From an uncultured Verrucomicrobiae bacterium (GTDB lineage Bacteria > Verrucomicrobiota > Verrucomicrobiia > Limisphaerales > Palsa-1400): a DNA stretch of 64,000 nucleotides. The DNA is taken from contig CAVPOM010000009.1 of the NCBI GenBank assembly GCA_963707025.1, forward strand, positions 128,001 through 192,000. Direction: 5' to 3'. The first letter of the stretch is position 1, and each line of letters opens with the position of its first letter. The translations under genes and the position numbers were made by a program. Below are positions 28,196 through 38,780 of this stretch, one piece after another. Under the pieces are notes generated by a model. It worked only from the letters and a program-made list of their open reading frames with translations. It had not been told where the DNA came from and did no database searches.

Positions 28196-28960
28196 GTGCA
28201 GCGACTCGGCAAAAACGTGGGCGGCTATCACGGCGAGACCATCGAAATCCAAAAAGTTCTCCAGGAAATCGAGCAGGCCGCGGCGGGAAAAAACTGGACG
28301 CGCGATCCTGTTTCCGCCCCGGTTGAATTCATCGCCTGGCGCCGCGCCGTTCCATCGCCGCGCCGCCGCGTCTATATTTCCGCCGGCATCCACGGCGACG
28401 AACCCGCCGGGCCGCTCGCCGCCCTGCAATTGTTGCGCGAAAATCATTGGCCCGCCGATGCCTCCCTCTGGCTTTGCCCCTGTCTCAACCCCTCCGGCTT
28501 TGCGCTCAACCGCCGCGAAAACAGCGGGGGGATTGATCTGAACCGCGACTACCGCCACCTGCAAAGCGCCGAAGTCCGCGCCCATGTCCAGTGGCTCGGG
28601 CAGCAGCCGGATTTCGACCTGGTGCTCTGCCTGCACGAGGATTGGGAAGCGCACGGCTTTTATCTCTATGAACTGAATCCCGATCACCGTCCTTCCCTGG
28701 CAGAAGGCATCATTGAGGCGGTGGCGGCGGTGTGCCCGGTTGATCCGTCGCCCGTGATTGAAGACCGGCCCGCCCAAAACGGCGTCATCCGCCCCGTTTT
28801 CAACCTAATGGATCGTCCGCAGTGGCCGGAAGCCCTTTATTTGGCCGGCCAAAACAAAACCCGCCTCAGCTACACCTTCGAAGCCCCCTCTGATTTCCCG
28901 ATGGCCACGCGCGTCGCCGCGCTCGCCACCGCCGTGCGCACCGCTCTTCAGTCGCTTTGA
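28196..28960 (+). CDS. M14-family metallocarboxypeptidase / deacylase
   Basis: SAGIHGDEPAG, NPSG, IDLNRDY, LCLHED, TFEAPS. Confidence 0.85.
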   Translation: MQRLGKNVGGYHGETIEIQKVLQEIEQAAAGKNWTRDPVSAPVEFIAWRRAVPSPRRRVYISAGIHGDEPAGPLAALQLLRENHWPADASLWLCPCLNPSGFALNRRENSGGIDLNRDYRHLQSAEVRAHVQWLGQQPDFDLVLCLHEDWEAHGFYLYELNPDHRPSLAEGIIEAVAAVCPVDPSPVIEDRPAQNGVIRPVFNLMDRPQWPEALYLAGQNKTRLSYTFEAPSDFPMATRVAALATAVRTALQSL

Positions 28961-28981
28961 GATGAGGGATGCTCCCGGCGG

Positions 28982-31147
28982 TTGACTCCGGGGGAGGATT
29001 GTGCTCATGATCCCTCTTGCTGGAATTTCATGAATATGACTTCTGCTCTTTTGTTGGTGGCAACATCTGTCCACAGCCGGCTGTGCCAAGCTGTTGCCGC
29101 GGCCAAGGACCGCCGCGGCCGCGTGGCGCTGTGGGCGGCACTGATTCTGCCCTCTTTTTCCGGCCAGGGCGGGACCGTGCTGCCAACCATCGCCCAGCAG
29201 CCGGCGTCTCCGGTGGGCCTTCTGGTGGGTGAGGCGCTGAATTTGAAAGTCGAGTCCGCCGGTGCCGCCCCCCTCACCTATCAATGGCGCACCAATAACG
29301 TCAATCTGGCCGATGGCGGCACCATTTCCGGTTCCGCCACCAGCAACCTGGTCATCCGCCCGGCGTTCACCAACAACAGCGGCAGTTACACCGTGGTCGT
29401 GGCCAATGCCTCCGGCGTTGTCACCAGCAGAGTTTCGGTGGTCACCGTGTCGCTGGACAAGACCCCGCCGAAAGTGGCGATCACCTTTCCCGCGCCCGGA
29501 ACGCGCACCAACGCCGGAGTGACCGTGACGTTCGGTGGAACCGCCTCGGACAACGTGCTGGTGACCAATGTCAGCTATTGGGTTACCAACCTGAACGGTT
29601 TGGACAGCGCGTCTCCCGCGCAGGGCCAGGCGGTGTTGACCGCCGGATCCGGCCCGGTTTCAAATTGGACGGCCAGCGTTGTTGCGCCCGCGGGCGGCTC
29701 CAATATTCTCGTGGTGCAGAGCCAGGATTTTTCGGGCAATCCGTCGTCACTTGAAACCTTGAAATTCTTTGTGAAAACTCCAACCCTGTTGGCGCTCGCC
29801 ACCAACGGATATGGCAAGGTGAAGGGAACGTCTTCCATCAGAGGGGATGCGCCCCCCACCAATGGCGCGTTGCTCAACGTGGGGGAGGCCTATGCCCTGA
29901 CGGCCACGCCGGCGCTCAACAACTACCTTGCCGGATGGTCCGGGACGTCGTTGACCGCTTTTGGGGCGAGCAACGGCCTGACGCTGAACTTTATCATGGA
30001 GAGCAACACCGCCATCACCGCCAACTTCATCACCAATAGATTTGTGGGGATGGCGGGGATTTACAACGGGCTGTTTTCTTCCGCCGAAATTGGCACGAAC
30101 ACCGAGGAAACCGCCGGGATGATCAGCGGCTTGACTTTAAACACACGCGGGGTCTATAGCGCCACCGTGTTACTGGGAGGGGAGGGCCGGGGCATCTCGG
30201 GAACCTTTACGCCCGAGGGCTATGCGACCAACACGCTGCTTGTCAGCAACGTGCCGGACGGGAACGTGACGGTGGAGTTGTCGTGCGATGGGACCAACAC
30301 TCCGCGCACCATCCACGGCTGGGTGATCGGAACCAACACCATCCTCCTGCCCAATGGCACCGAACAAGCAGGATGGCAATCCGAAGCGGCCCTGGTGGCC
30401 AGTCTGACCAACACCAGTAATTTTCCCGGCGCCTACACCCTGCTGATTCCGCCCGCCAGCAACGCCATCGGCACAAACGTTCCCACCGGCTGTGGCTACG
30501 TGGCGCTGACCAATACTTTGCGGGCAGGCGGGGTTCCGGCCGCCGTCAGGCTCACGGGTTTGCTGCCGGACTGGGCCAGCATTGTGACGGTGATTCCGAT
30601 TGGGGAAGACAACGCGATGCCGATTTATCTAAATTATTACAACACCCCCCAGCCCGGCATGTTGTTTGGGATGCTCACCCTTGCTTCCAACGCGCCCTAC
30701 GTCCCCTCGGGTTATTTGACCTGGATCAGGAAGGCATCGTCCATCGGTTTGTTCACGAATGGATTCACCAATAATTACCCTTTCGTGGAAGTATCGCCGT
30801 GGTCAAACGCGGTGCGCCTCAGCAATATTATCACCACCCATCAACTGGTTCTGGCGGACGGCGGACTCACGGCGCCTCTGACCTATGCAGTCACGGTGAG
30901 CGGAACCAACCTGGTGCTGGCCCAGTCCGGCGCCTCCACAAATCATGCCTCCGGCTCCGTCAATACGAACACCGGCAAACTGACCATCACCTTCACCAAT
31001 GACCTCAAGGTAAAGGTGATCGGGCAGGGAGCCCTCCTGCAAAATACCAATGGCAGCGCCAATTTGGGGGGCGGGTTTTTCATCGTGGGACCCGCCGCCA
31101 CTCCCACCAACAGCGGCTCCATCTCCTGGCAGTTGCCGTCACCCTGA
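28982..31147 (+). CDS. Secreted immunoglobulin-domain surface protein (start uncertain)
   Basis: PTIAQQP..G..PLTYQW..N...L......SGSYTVVVAN Ig domain, DKTPPKVAIT, Asn/Thr rich. Confidence 0.75.
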   Translation: MTPGEDCAHDPSCWNFMNMTSALLLVATSVHSRLCQAVAAAKDRRGRVALWAALILPSFSGQGGTVLPTIAQQPASPVGLLVGEALNLKVESAGAAPLTYQWRTNNVNLADGGTISGSATSNLVIRPAFTNNSGSYTVVVANASGVVTSRVSVVTVSLDKTPPKVAITFPAPGTRTNAGVTVTFGGTASDNVLVTNVSYWVTNLNGLDSASPAQGQAVLTAGSGPVSNWTASVVAPAGGSNILVVQSQDFSGNPSSLETLKFFVKTPTLLALATNGYGKVKGTSSIRGDAPPTNGALLNVGEAYALTATPALNNYLAGWSGTSLTAFGASNGLTLNFIMESNTAITANFITNRFVGMAGIYNGLFSSAEIGTNTEETAGMISGLTLNTRGVYSATVLLGGEGRGISGTFTPEGYATNTLLVSNVPDGNVTVELSCDGTNTPRTIHGWVIGTNTILLPNGTEQAGWQSEAALVASLTNTSNFPGAYTLLIPPASNAIGTNVPTGCGYVALTNTLRAGGVPAAVRLTGLLPDWASIVTVIPIGEDNAMPIYLNYYNTPQPGMLFGMLTLASNAPYVPSGYLTWIRKASSIGLFTNGFTNNYPFVEVSPWSNAVRLSNIITTHQLVLADGGLTAPLTYAVTVSGTNLVLAQSGASTNHASGSVNTNTGKLTITFTNDLKVKVIGQGALLQNTNGSANLGGGFFIVGPAATPTNSGSISWQLPSP

Positions 31148-31301
31148 TCCGGGGTTTTGCCATCCCGGGCCGCGGTGAACAGGTTGGGAACAAGCCGTTA
31201 GCCATCTGTCAAAAAGCCGCGGCCCCATCCGCTCCGGGTGAACAAAATTGTGAAAATCCGGGGAATCCTCGTGGGGGCCGGTGAAAAATCACAGTTTGAG
31301 G

Positions 31302-31331
31302 TTGACATTACCTTTAACCAAGAGGTATCAT
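31302..31331 (+). promoter_or_regulatory. Sigma-70 promoter upstream of dnaB
   Basis: TTGACA-18 bp-TATCAT. Confidence 0.55.
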
Positions 31332-31418
31332 CCGTCCGGCATGGTGAATAAGCTGGCAGCATCTTTTAATAATCGGAGCGTGACGCGCAGGCGCAGAAGT
31401 TGTTTTGTTGTTCTTCCC

Positions 31419-32900
31419 ATGAGTGAAGCCATTCTCGAACAGGAACCGGACCCGGCGGATTTGCAAAAATCCCGCCGCCGCCATCCCGGCAATTCCGCCA
31501 CTGCCAACACCCCTGCCCTGGACCGCCTGCCGCCCAGTTCCACCGAGGCCGAACAGGGCGTGCTGGGCTGCGTCCTGCTCTCCCCCAACGATTGCCTGGG
31601 CGAGTGCATCGAAAAACTCAAGCCCGGTCCGGAGGTCTTTTACGACCTGCGCCATCAGACCATATTCCAAACCCTGGTGGAAATGTACGACCAGCGGGCC
31701 GGCATTGACCTGATCACCCTCCAGCAACGCCTCAAGGACCGCCAGCAATTGGAGGGCGTGGGCGGCCTGGCCTACCTGGCCTCACTGCCCGACGCCGTGC
31801 CTTCCGCCGCCGGCCTGGGCTACTACCTGGACATCGTCCTCGAAAAATACCTCCTGCGCAAGATGATCCAGACCTGCACCTCCATTGTCGGCCGGGTGTT
31901 TGAGCACGAAGGCGAGGTGGACGCCCTGCTGGATGAAGTCGAGCGCGACATTTTCCGCATCTGCGAAGAACGGGTGACCGGCGCCAACCCCAGCGTGCGC
32001 AACCTGGTCCACAAAGCCATTTCCACCATCGAGGAGTATCACAAAAACCAGGGCATGCTCACCGGCATCGGCACCGGCTTGGTGGATTTCGACAAAATGA
32101 CCACCGGGCTGCACCCCGGCGAAATGATCGTCATCGCCGCGCGGCCCTCCGTGGGCAAAACCTCCCTGGCCATGAACATCGCCGAGCACGTCGCCCTGGA
32201 GCTGAAAATCCCCACCGGCATCTTCAGCCTGGAAATGACCGCCGACCAGCTCATCCTGCGCATGCTCTGCTCCCGCTCCCGCGTCAACCTGCGCAGCATC
32301 CGCGAAGGCTTCCTGGCCGAGCGCGATTTCCCCAAGCTGACCGGCGCGGCCGGCAAGCTGGCCGCCGCCCCGTTGATCATTGACGACACCTCCGCCCTCT
32401 CCATTTTGCAATTGCGCGCCAAGGCCCGGCGCATGAAGCAACAGCACGGCATCCAACTGTTTGTCATTGACTACCTGCAATTGCTCCATTCTACTTCGCG
32501 CAAGGCGGATAACCGCCAGCAGGAGATTGCGGACATCTCTGGAGGCATCAAGGCCCTGGCGAAGGAATTGGCCGTGCCCATTATCGTTCTCAGCCAGCTC
32601 AACCGTGACGTTGAAAAACGCGCGGGCAAGGATGCCAAGCCGCGCCTGTCGGATTTGCGCGAATCTGGCGCCATTGAACAGGACGCCGACTTGGTGGGAC
32701 TATTGTATAAAGAAAGAGAAATGGAAGACGGACCAGACGACGCCAACGAGGCGGAGCAAGAGGCCATTCCAATGAATCTGCATATCGCCAAACAACGCAA
32801 CGGCCCCATCGGGGAAGTCAAACTGACCTTCCTCAAGGGCTACACCCGCTTCGAAAGCGCCGCCAAAGTCGCCGCCGAGGATGTGCCGGCTGATTCCTAG
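31419..32900 (+). CDS. dnaB: Replicative DNA helicase
   Basis: PPSSTEAEQ, AARPSVGKT, IDYLQL, SQLNR, LSDLRESGAIEQDAD, KQRNGP. No intein. Confidence 0.97.
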   Translation: MSEAILEQEPDPADLQKSRRRHPGNSATANTPALDRLPPSSTEAEQGVLGCVLLSPNDCLGECIEKLKPGPEVFYDLRHQTIFQTLVEMYDQRAGIDLITLQQRLKDRQQLEGVGGLAYLASLPDAVPSAAGLGYYLDIVLEKYLLRKMIQTCTSIVGRVFEHEGEVDALLDEVERDIFRICEERVTGANPSVRNLVHKAISTIEEYHKNQGMLTGIGTGLVDFDKMTTGLHPGEMIVIAARPSVGKTSLAMNIAEHVALELKIPTGIFSLEMTADQLILRMLCSRSRVNLRSIREGFLAERDFPKLTGAAGKLAAAPLIIDDTSALSILQLRAKARRMKQQHGIQLFVIDYLQLLHSTSRKADNRQQEIADISGGIKALAKELAVPIIVLSQLNRDVEKRAGKDAKPRLSDLRESGAIEQDADLVGLLYKEREMEDGPDDANEAEQEAIPMNLHIAKQRNGPIGEVKLTFLKGYTRFESAAKVAAEDVPADS

Positions 32901-35375
32901 ATGAACCATATCCTGAAGAACCTCCTGCTACCCGCCCGCCGCCTCCTGGGGCTCCTGCTCCTGCTCCTGCCGCTCCTGGCCCGGGGGCAAATGCAGGGCA
33001 GCCTCATCCATAAAATCTACATCCAGCACATCGGCCCCCCGGCCGTGAGCGACGCCTTCATTCGCGCCAACATCCGCAGCAAGGAGGGCGAACGCCTCTT
33101 CCACGCCACCATCGAGGAGGACGAGGCCGGTCTCTACGCCACCGGCTTTTTCTTTAACGTCCACGTCGCCGAAACCAACGTGCCGGAGGGCGTTGACCTG
33201 ACCTATCAGGTGCAGGGCAAACCCATCGTCACCGACATTAAAATCATCGGCAACAAAAAGCTCAGCCTGAGCAAGCTCAAAAAGAAGCTCACCTCCAAAC
33301 AGGGCCAGCCCCTGGATCCCGTCAAACTTTTCCACAACGCCCAGGACATGCAGGAGCTTTACCAAAAAGCCGGCTATCAGGACACCACCGTCACGGTCCT
33401 GCCTTTCGCCATTGATGAAATCGCCGGGCGCGCCACCGTCACCATCGAGGTCAAGGAAACGGAAAAAATCAGAATCACGGACGTCGTCTTCGACGGCGCC
33501 CGCGTCAAAACCCAAAAGGAATTGCGCAAAGTCCTCAAAACCAGGCGGCACTGGATGTTCTCCTGGCTGACCGGCTCGGGCGTGTTGAAAAAGGATGAAT
33601 TTGAGGACGACATGGACCGGCTGCTCGAATTCTACCAAAACGACGGCTACATTGATTTTGCCATCCTCGACAAGAGATTCGAGAAGACCGCCGCGAACAG
33701 GATGGTCATCCACATCGTCCTCTCCGAAGGCAGGCAATACAAGGTGGGCAACCTCACCATCAAGGGAAACACCATCTTTTCGACCAACGATTTCCTCAAG
33801 GGAAAGCTCATTGGCGGCAAGCTCATGGTCCTGACCAACGTCCCCGGCGCCATCTTCAAGCCGGTGGCCTTTGAGGCCGATGTCGAAACCATTCGCGACA
33901 TGTACGGTTCCCGGGGCTATCTCTCCGAATATCAGAACGGCAGCACCGTCATCCGGGCAACCCGCACCCCCAACACCGCCAACGGCACCATGGACCTGGC
34001 CATCAACATCCAGGAGGGCGACAAGAGCTACATCGAAAAAATTGAAATCAAAGGCAACGAAAAAACCAAGGACCGCGTCATCCGCCGTGAACTGGCCGTC
34101 TATCCCGGCGAAGTCTATAACATGGTCAACGTCAAAATCAGCAAGGGCATCCTCGAACAAATGGAGTACTTCTCCAAAGTGGATGTCTCCGCCGAGGACA
34201 CCGAAATTGCCAACTACAAGAATCTGGTCATCGGCCTGCAGGAACAAAGCATGAGCAGCGCCAGCATCGGCGCGGGCTTCAGCTCCGTCGAAAGCATCGT
34301 CGGCTTCGTCGAAGTCAAAATGAAAAACTTCGACCTCTTTAATCCCCCCACCTTCACCGGGGCCGGCCAGAAACTCCAGCTCATCGCCTCCGTCGGCGCC
34401 CTCTACCAGGATTACGAGATTGCCTTCACTGAACCTTATTTCCTGGGCAAAAAGCTCATCCTGGGGGTCAGCCTCTTCCACCGCCAGGTGGATTACGACA
34501 GCTTGAACAGCCTGTACACGGAAACCTACGACGGCGGCACCATCAGTCTTACCAAATCACTGGGGCGCTATCTCAGGGGCAGCGTCAGTTACACCCCCGA
34601 AAACGTCCACGTCAGCATGAACCCGGGCTTCAACACCAACAGCATCACCAACATCGTCGTCCTCCCGGGCGGCGGCACCACCAACAGCGTCAATGTGCAT
34701 AATATCTCCACCAACATTTTCGACGAGCACGGCAGCTACCTCGAAAACAAGTTCGGCTTTTCCATTGATTACGACTCCCGCAATGATTATCGCAATCCCA
34801 ACCACGGCCAGCACACCGAATTGCTCGCGCAACTGGCCACCCCTCCGGGCGACACCGACTTTTACAAGCTGGAACTGCATTCCAGTTGGTATTTCAAGGG
34901 CTTCGCCCCGGGCCACATCCTCGAACTCGACGCCCGCGGCGGCGTGGTGGATGGTTACGGCGGGACCGAGCACATCCCCATTTTCGAACGCTGGTTCCTG
35001 GGCGGCCTGGGTTCCCTGCGCGGCTATCGCTACCATCAAGTCGGGCCGCAGGATGCCTACGGGGAACCGCTCGGCGGCGACACCTATTTCTTCGGCGACG
35101 CCGAATACAGCATTCCCCTGGTCAAAATCGTCCGCCTGGCCTGGTTCTACGACATGGGCAACGTCTTTGCCGACCCCTACAGCTTTAAGCTCACCCAGCA
35201 ACAGGCCCATTTTTTCAGCGACAACGCCGGCATCGGCTTGCGCATCGTCCTGCCCATCGGCGGGCCGCAAGGCGTGCCCCTTCGCCTGGACTACGGCATT
35301 CCCATCACCCACGACCCCAACACCGGATCGGGCGGCCGCGTCCAGATCGGCGTCGGCTACACCCGCGATTTCTAA
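32901..35375 (+). CDS. bamA: Outer membrane protein assembly factor BamA
   Basis: POTRA repeats, GNEKTKDRVIRRE, LRGY motif, C-terminal Phe. Confidence 0.95.
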   Translation: MNHILKNLLLPARRLLGLLLLLLPLLARGQMQGSLIHKIYIQHIGPPAVSDAFIRANIRSKEGERLFHATIEEDEAGLYATGFFFNVHVAETNVPEGVDLTYQVQGKPIVTDIKIIGNKKLSLSKLKKKLTSKQGQPLDPVKLFHNAQDMQELYQKAGYQDTTVTVLPFAIDEIAGRATVTIEVKETEKIRITDVVFDGARVKTQKELRKVLKTRRHWMFSWLTGSGVLKKDEFEDDMDRLLEFYQNDGYIDFAILDKRFEKTAANRMVIHIVLSEGRQYKVGNLTIKGNTIFSTNDFLKGKLIGGKLMVLTNVPGAIFKPVAFEADVETIRDMYGSRGYLSEYQNGSTVIRATRTPNTANGTMDLAINIQEGDKSYIEKIEIKGNEKTKDRVIRRELAVYPGEVYNMVNVKISKGILEQMEYFSKVDVSAEDTEIANYKNLVIGLQEQSMSSASIGAGFSSVESIVGFVEVKMKNFDLFNPPTFTGAGQKLQLIASVGALYQDYEIAFTEPYFLGKKLILGVSLFHRQVDYDSLNSLYTETYDGGTISLTKSLGRYLRGSVSYTPENVHVSMNPGFNTNSITNIVVLPGGGTTNSVNVHNISTNIFDEHGSYLENKFGFSIDYDSRNDYRNPNHGQHTELLAQLATPPGDTDFYKLELHSSWYFKGFAPGHILELDARGGVVDGYGGTEHIPIFERWFLGGLGSLRGYRYHQVGPQDAYGEPLGGDTYFFGDAEYSIPLVKIVRLAWFYDMGNVFADPYSFKLTQQQAHFFSDNAGIGLRIVLPIGGPQGVPLRLDYGIPITHDPNTGSGGRVQIGVGYTRDF

Positions 35376-35381
35376 GCCTTT

Positions 35382-36050
35382 ATGAAAAAAATAATCCCCC
35401 TCGGCCTTCTCACCGTCTCCCTGCTCGCCGGTGGCGCCAGCGGCCTGGCCGCCGACTTCAAAATCGCCACCGTTGACCTGCGCAAAGTCTTCGACACCTA
35501 TTACAAAACCATCCAGGCCAGCATTGCCAACTCCAACAACATCGTGGAGCGCGACAAGTATATCAACGAAAAGGTGGACGAGCGCCGCAAGGTCGAGGAC
35601 GAATGGCGTCAGGCCACGGATAGCGCCAACAACCAGATCGTTTCCGCCGAGGAGCGCGCCAAATACAAAAAAAAGGCCGATGACTTGCTCCTGGACCTCC
35701 AGATCCGCGGCGAGTCCATCTCCAACTACTACGCCACCACCGAATCCAAACGCCGCGATGAAATGGTCCGTCACGTCAACGACCTCACCACTGAAATCCG
35801 CGGCGTCCTGGAGGCCATGGCCAAGAAACAGGGCTACACCCTGGTCCTGGACCGCACCGCCTTGACCATGACCGGCAATCCCCTGGTTCTCTACACCAGC
35901 GGTGAAAACGACCTGACCGAGCCGCTCATCAAAGAACTCAACTCCACCGCCCCGGCCACGCCCGCCCCCGAACCCAAAAGCCCCCCCGACACCTCGCTGC
36001 TGCCCGCTCCCGACGCCAAAATCCCGCCCGACAAGCCCGCCCCCAAATGA
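35382..36050 (+). CDS. skp: OmpH/Skp periplasmic chaperone
   Basis: Signal peptide, [18 protein letters not shown]. Follows bamA. Confidence 0.88.
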   Translation: MKKIIPLGLLTVSLLAGGASGLAADFKIATVDLRKVFDTYYKTIQASIANSNNIVERDKYINEKVDERRKVEDEWRQATDSANNQIVSAEERAKYKKKADDLLLDLQIRGESISNYYATTESKRRDEMVRHVNDLTTEIRGVLEAMAKKQGYTLVLDRTALTMTGNPLVLYTSGENDLTEPLIKELNSTAPATPAPEPKSPPDTSLLPAPDAKIPPDKPAPK

Positions 36051-36085
36051 TTGACGGGCCTGGCCGATTTCCATTTAATTCCACC

Positions 36086-38695
36086 ATGTCACCAGATCGT
36101 CTTACCATCAAAGCCCAGGAATCCCTCCAGCAAGCCCAGCAAGTCGCCCAGCGCAACTCCAATCAGGAAGTGGACACCCTCCACCTCCTGGCCGCCTTGC
36201 TCGAACAAAAGGAAAGCCTGGTTCCCGCCCTCCTGGAGAAGCTCGGCGTCCCGGCTGCCGGCCTGGCTGCGGCCGTCCAACGCGAGACCGACCGCAAACC
36301 CAAGGTCCACGGCGCCCCATCCGCCGACCTGTTCCTCAGCCCGGCCTTGAAAAAAACCCTCGATGCCGCCGCCACCCAGGCTTCCCGCCTCCACGACGAA
36401 TATGTCAGCACCGAGCACCTGCTCCTGGGCCTTCTCGAAGAGGCCGGAGCGCCCTTGAAGAAAATCCTGCAAAGCTCCGGCCTGACCCGCGACCCCCTTT
36501 TAAAAGCCCTGGCCGAACTGCGCGGCCACCAGCGCGTCACCGATCCCAACCCCGAAGACAAATTCCAGGCCCTGGAAAAATATGGCCGCGACCTCACCGC
36601 CCTGGCCCGGGCCGGCAAAATTGACCCCGTTGTCGGCCGCAACGAGGAAATCCGCCGCGTCATGCAAGTCCTTTCCCGCCGCACCAAGAACAATCCCGTC
36701 CTCATCGGCGAGCCGGGCACGGGCAAAACCGCCATCGTCGAAGGCCTGGCCCGCCGCATCGTCAGCGGGGACGTGCCGGAGTCGCTCAAAAACAAAAAGC
36801 TCGTCGCCCTGGATTTGGGCGCCATGATCGCCGGCGCAAAATTCCGCGGCGAATTTGAAGACCGCCTCAAGGCCTTCCTCAAGGAAGTCACCGCCAGCGA
36901 GGGCCGCGTCCTGCTGTTCATTGATGAATTGCACACCATCGTCGGCGCGGGCGCGGCGGAGGGCGCCGCCGACGCCGCCAACATGCTCAAGCCGCCCCTG
37001 GCCCGCGGTGAACTGCGCTGCATCGGCGCCACCACCCTGGATGAATACCGCAAACACATCGAGAAAGACCCCGCCCTGGAACGCCGTTTCCAGCCCATTT
37101 ACATCACCGAACCCAGCGTCGAAGAAACCATCGCCATCCTCCGCGGCCTGAAGGATCGTTACGAAGTCCACCACGGCGTCCGCATCCAGGATGCCGCCCT
37201 GGTCGCCGCCGCCACCCTTTCCCATCGTTACATCACCGGCCGTTTCCTCCCGGACAAGGCGGTGGATCTCATGGACGAAGCCGCCTCCCGCCTGCGCATG
37301 GAGCAGGACTCCATGCCCGCCGAACTGGATCAACTGGAGCGCCAGATCATGCAGTTGGAAATCGAGCAGAACGCCTTGCGCAAGGAAAAAGACGACGCCT
37401 CCCGCGAGCGGCTCAAAAAAATCGAGCGCGACCTGGCCAATCTCAAGGAGAAAGCCGCCCGCCTCAAAGCCACCTGGCAAAACGAAAAAGCCGCCATCAA
37501 CGCCATTTCCATCCTCAACAGCCAGTTGGAGGAAGCCCGTCAAGAACAAGAATCCGCCCAGCGCGCCGGCGACCTCAACCTCGCCTCCCAAATCCAATAC
37601 GGCCGCATCCCCGAACTGCGCCGCAAGCTCGACGCCGCCCAGAAGGAATTCGCCCGCCGCGAGGGCGCCCGCCTCCTCAGCGAGGACGTCACCGAAGAGG
37701 ACATCGCCCGCGTCGTCGCCGCCTGGAGCGGCGTGCCCGTCAGCCGCCTGCTGGAGGGCGAGCGCGAAAAACTGGTCCACATGGAGGAACGCCTGCGCCA
37801 GCGCGTCGTCGGCCAGGGCGAGGCCATTGCCGCCGTGGCCAACGCCGTCCGCCGCGCCCGCAGCGGCTTGCAGGACCCCAACCGTCCCCTGGGCTCCTTC
37901 ATTTTTCTCGGCCCCACCGGCGTGGGCAAAACCGAACTGGCCCGCGCACTGGCAGAATTTCTATTTGACGAAGAAAACGCCATGATCCGCATTGACATGA
38001 GCGAATACATGGAACGCCACGCCGTCGCCCGCCTCATCGGCGCCCCCCCCGGCTACGTCGGCTACGAGGAAGGCGGCCAGCTCAGCGAAGCCGTCCGCCG
38101 CCGCCCCTACAGCGTCGTCCTCTTCGACGAAATCGAAAAAGCCCACGCCGATGTCTTCAACGTCCTCCTCCAGGTCCTGGACGACGGCCGCCTCACCGAC
38201 GGCCAGGGCCGCACCGTGGATTTCAAGAGCGCCCTCATCATCATGACCAGCAACATCGGCTCCCCCATCATCCAGGAATTCTTCTCCGCCGGAGCCGGCG
38301 CCGCCGCTGGCGAGCACGCCCGCATGGAAGAACTGGTCCGCGCCGAATTGAAGAAATACTTCCGGCCCGAATTCCTCAATCGCATTGACGACATCATCAT
38401 CTTCCACAGCCTGGATGAAAAAGAAATTGCCGCCATCGTCGAAATCCAGTTGCAGCGCCTCAAAGATCGTCTGGCCCAGCAACAACTCACCGTCACCCTC
38501 GACCCCGCCGCCACCCGCTTTCTGGCCAAGGAAGGTTACGATCCACAATTCGGCGCCCGCCCCCTCAAGCGTGCCATCCAGGAGCTTCTCCTCAACCCGC
38601 TGGCCATGAAACTCCTCGCCGGCGAATTCAAGCCCGGCGACACCGTCAAAGTCACCGCCGCCGCCGGCAACCTGAGATTTCAGCCCCAGAAATGA
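36086..38695 (+). CDS. clpB: ATP-dependent disaggregase ClpB
   Basis: Two AAA+ modules ([16 protein letters not shown]), long coiled-coil M domain, GARPLKR. Confidence 0.95.
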   Translation: MSPDRLTIKAQESLQQAQQVAQRNSNQEVDTLHLLAALLEQKESLVPALLEKLGVPAAGLAAAVQRETDRKPKVHGAPSADLFLSPALKKTLDAAATQASRLHDEYVSTEHLLLGLLEEAGAPLKKILQSSGLTRDPLLKALAELRGHQRVTDPNPEDKFQALEKYGRDLTALARAGKIDPVVGRNEEIRRVMQVLSRRTKNNPVLIGEPGTGKTAIVEGLARRIVSGDVPESLKNKKLVALDLGAMIAGAKFRGEFEDRLKAFLKEVTASEGRVLLFIDELHTIVGAGAAEGAADAANMLKPPLARGELRCIGATTLDEYRKHIEKDPALERRFQPIYITEPSVEETIAILRGLKDRYEVHHGVRIQDAALVAAATLSHRYITGRFLPDKAVDLMDEAASRLRMEQDSMPAELDQLERQIMQLEIEQNALRKEKDDASRERLKKIERDLANLKEKAARLKATWQNEKAAINAISILNSQLEEARQEQESAQRAGDLNLASQIQYGRIPELRRKLDAAQKEFARREGARLLSEDVTEEDIARVVAAWSGVPVSRLLEGEREKLVHMEERLRQRVVGQGEAIAAVANAVRRARSGLQDPNRPLGSFIFLGPTGVGKTELARALAEFLFDEENAMIRIDMSEYMERHAVARLIGAPPGYVGYEEGGQLSEAVRRRPYSVVLFDEIEKAHADVFNVLLQVLDDGRLTDGQGRTVDFKSALIIMTSNIGSPIIQEFFSAGAGAAAGEHARMEELVRAELKKYFRPEFLNRIDDIIIFHSLDEKEIAAIVEIQLQRLKDRLAQQQLTVTLDPAATRFLAKEGYDPQFGARPLKRAIQELLLNPLAMKLLAGEFKPGDTVKVTAAAGNLRFQPQK

Positions 38696-38780
38696 CGATT
38701 GGCCGAAGGATCTGTCGGCTGCCCAAAGAGACATTCAGGATGCCGTTGACCGTAGTTAAACTGCTGGCATACTCTCAACG

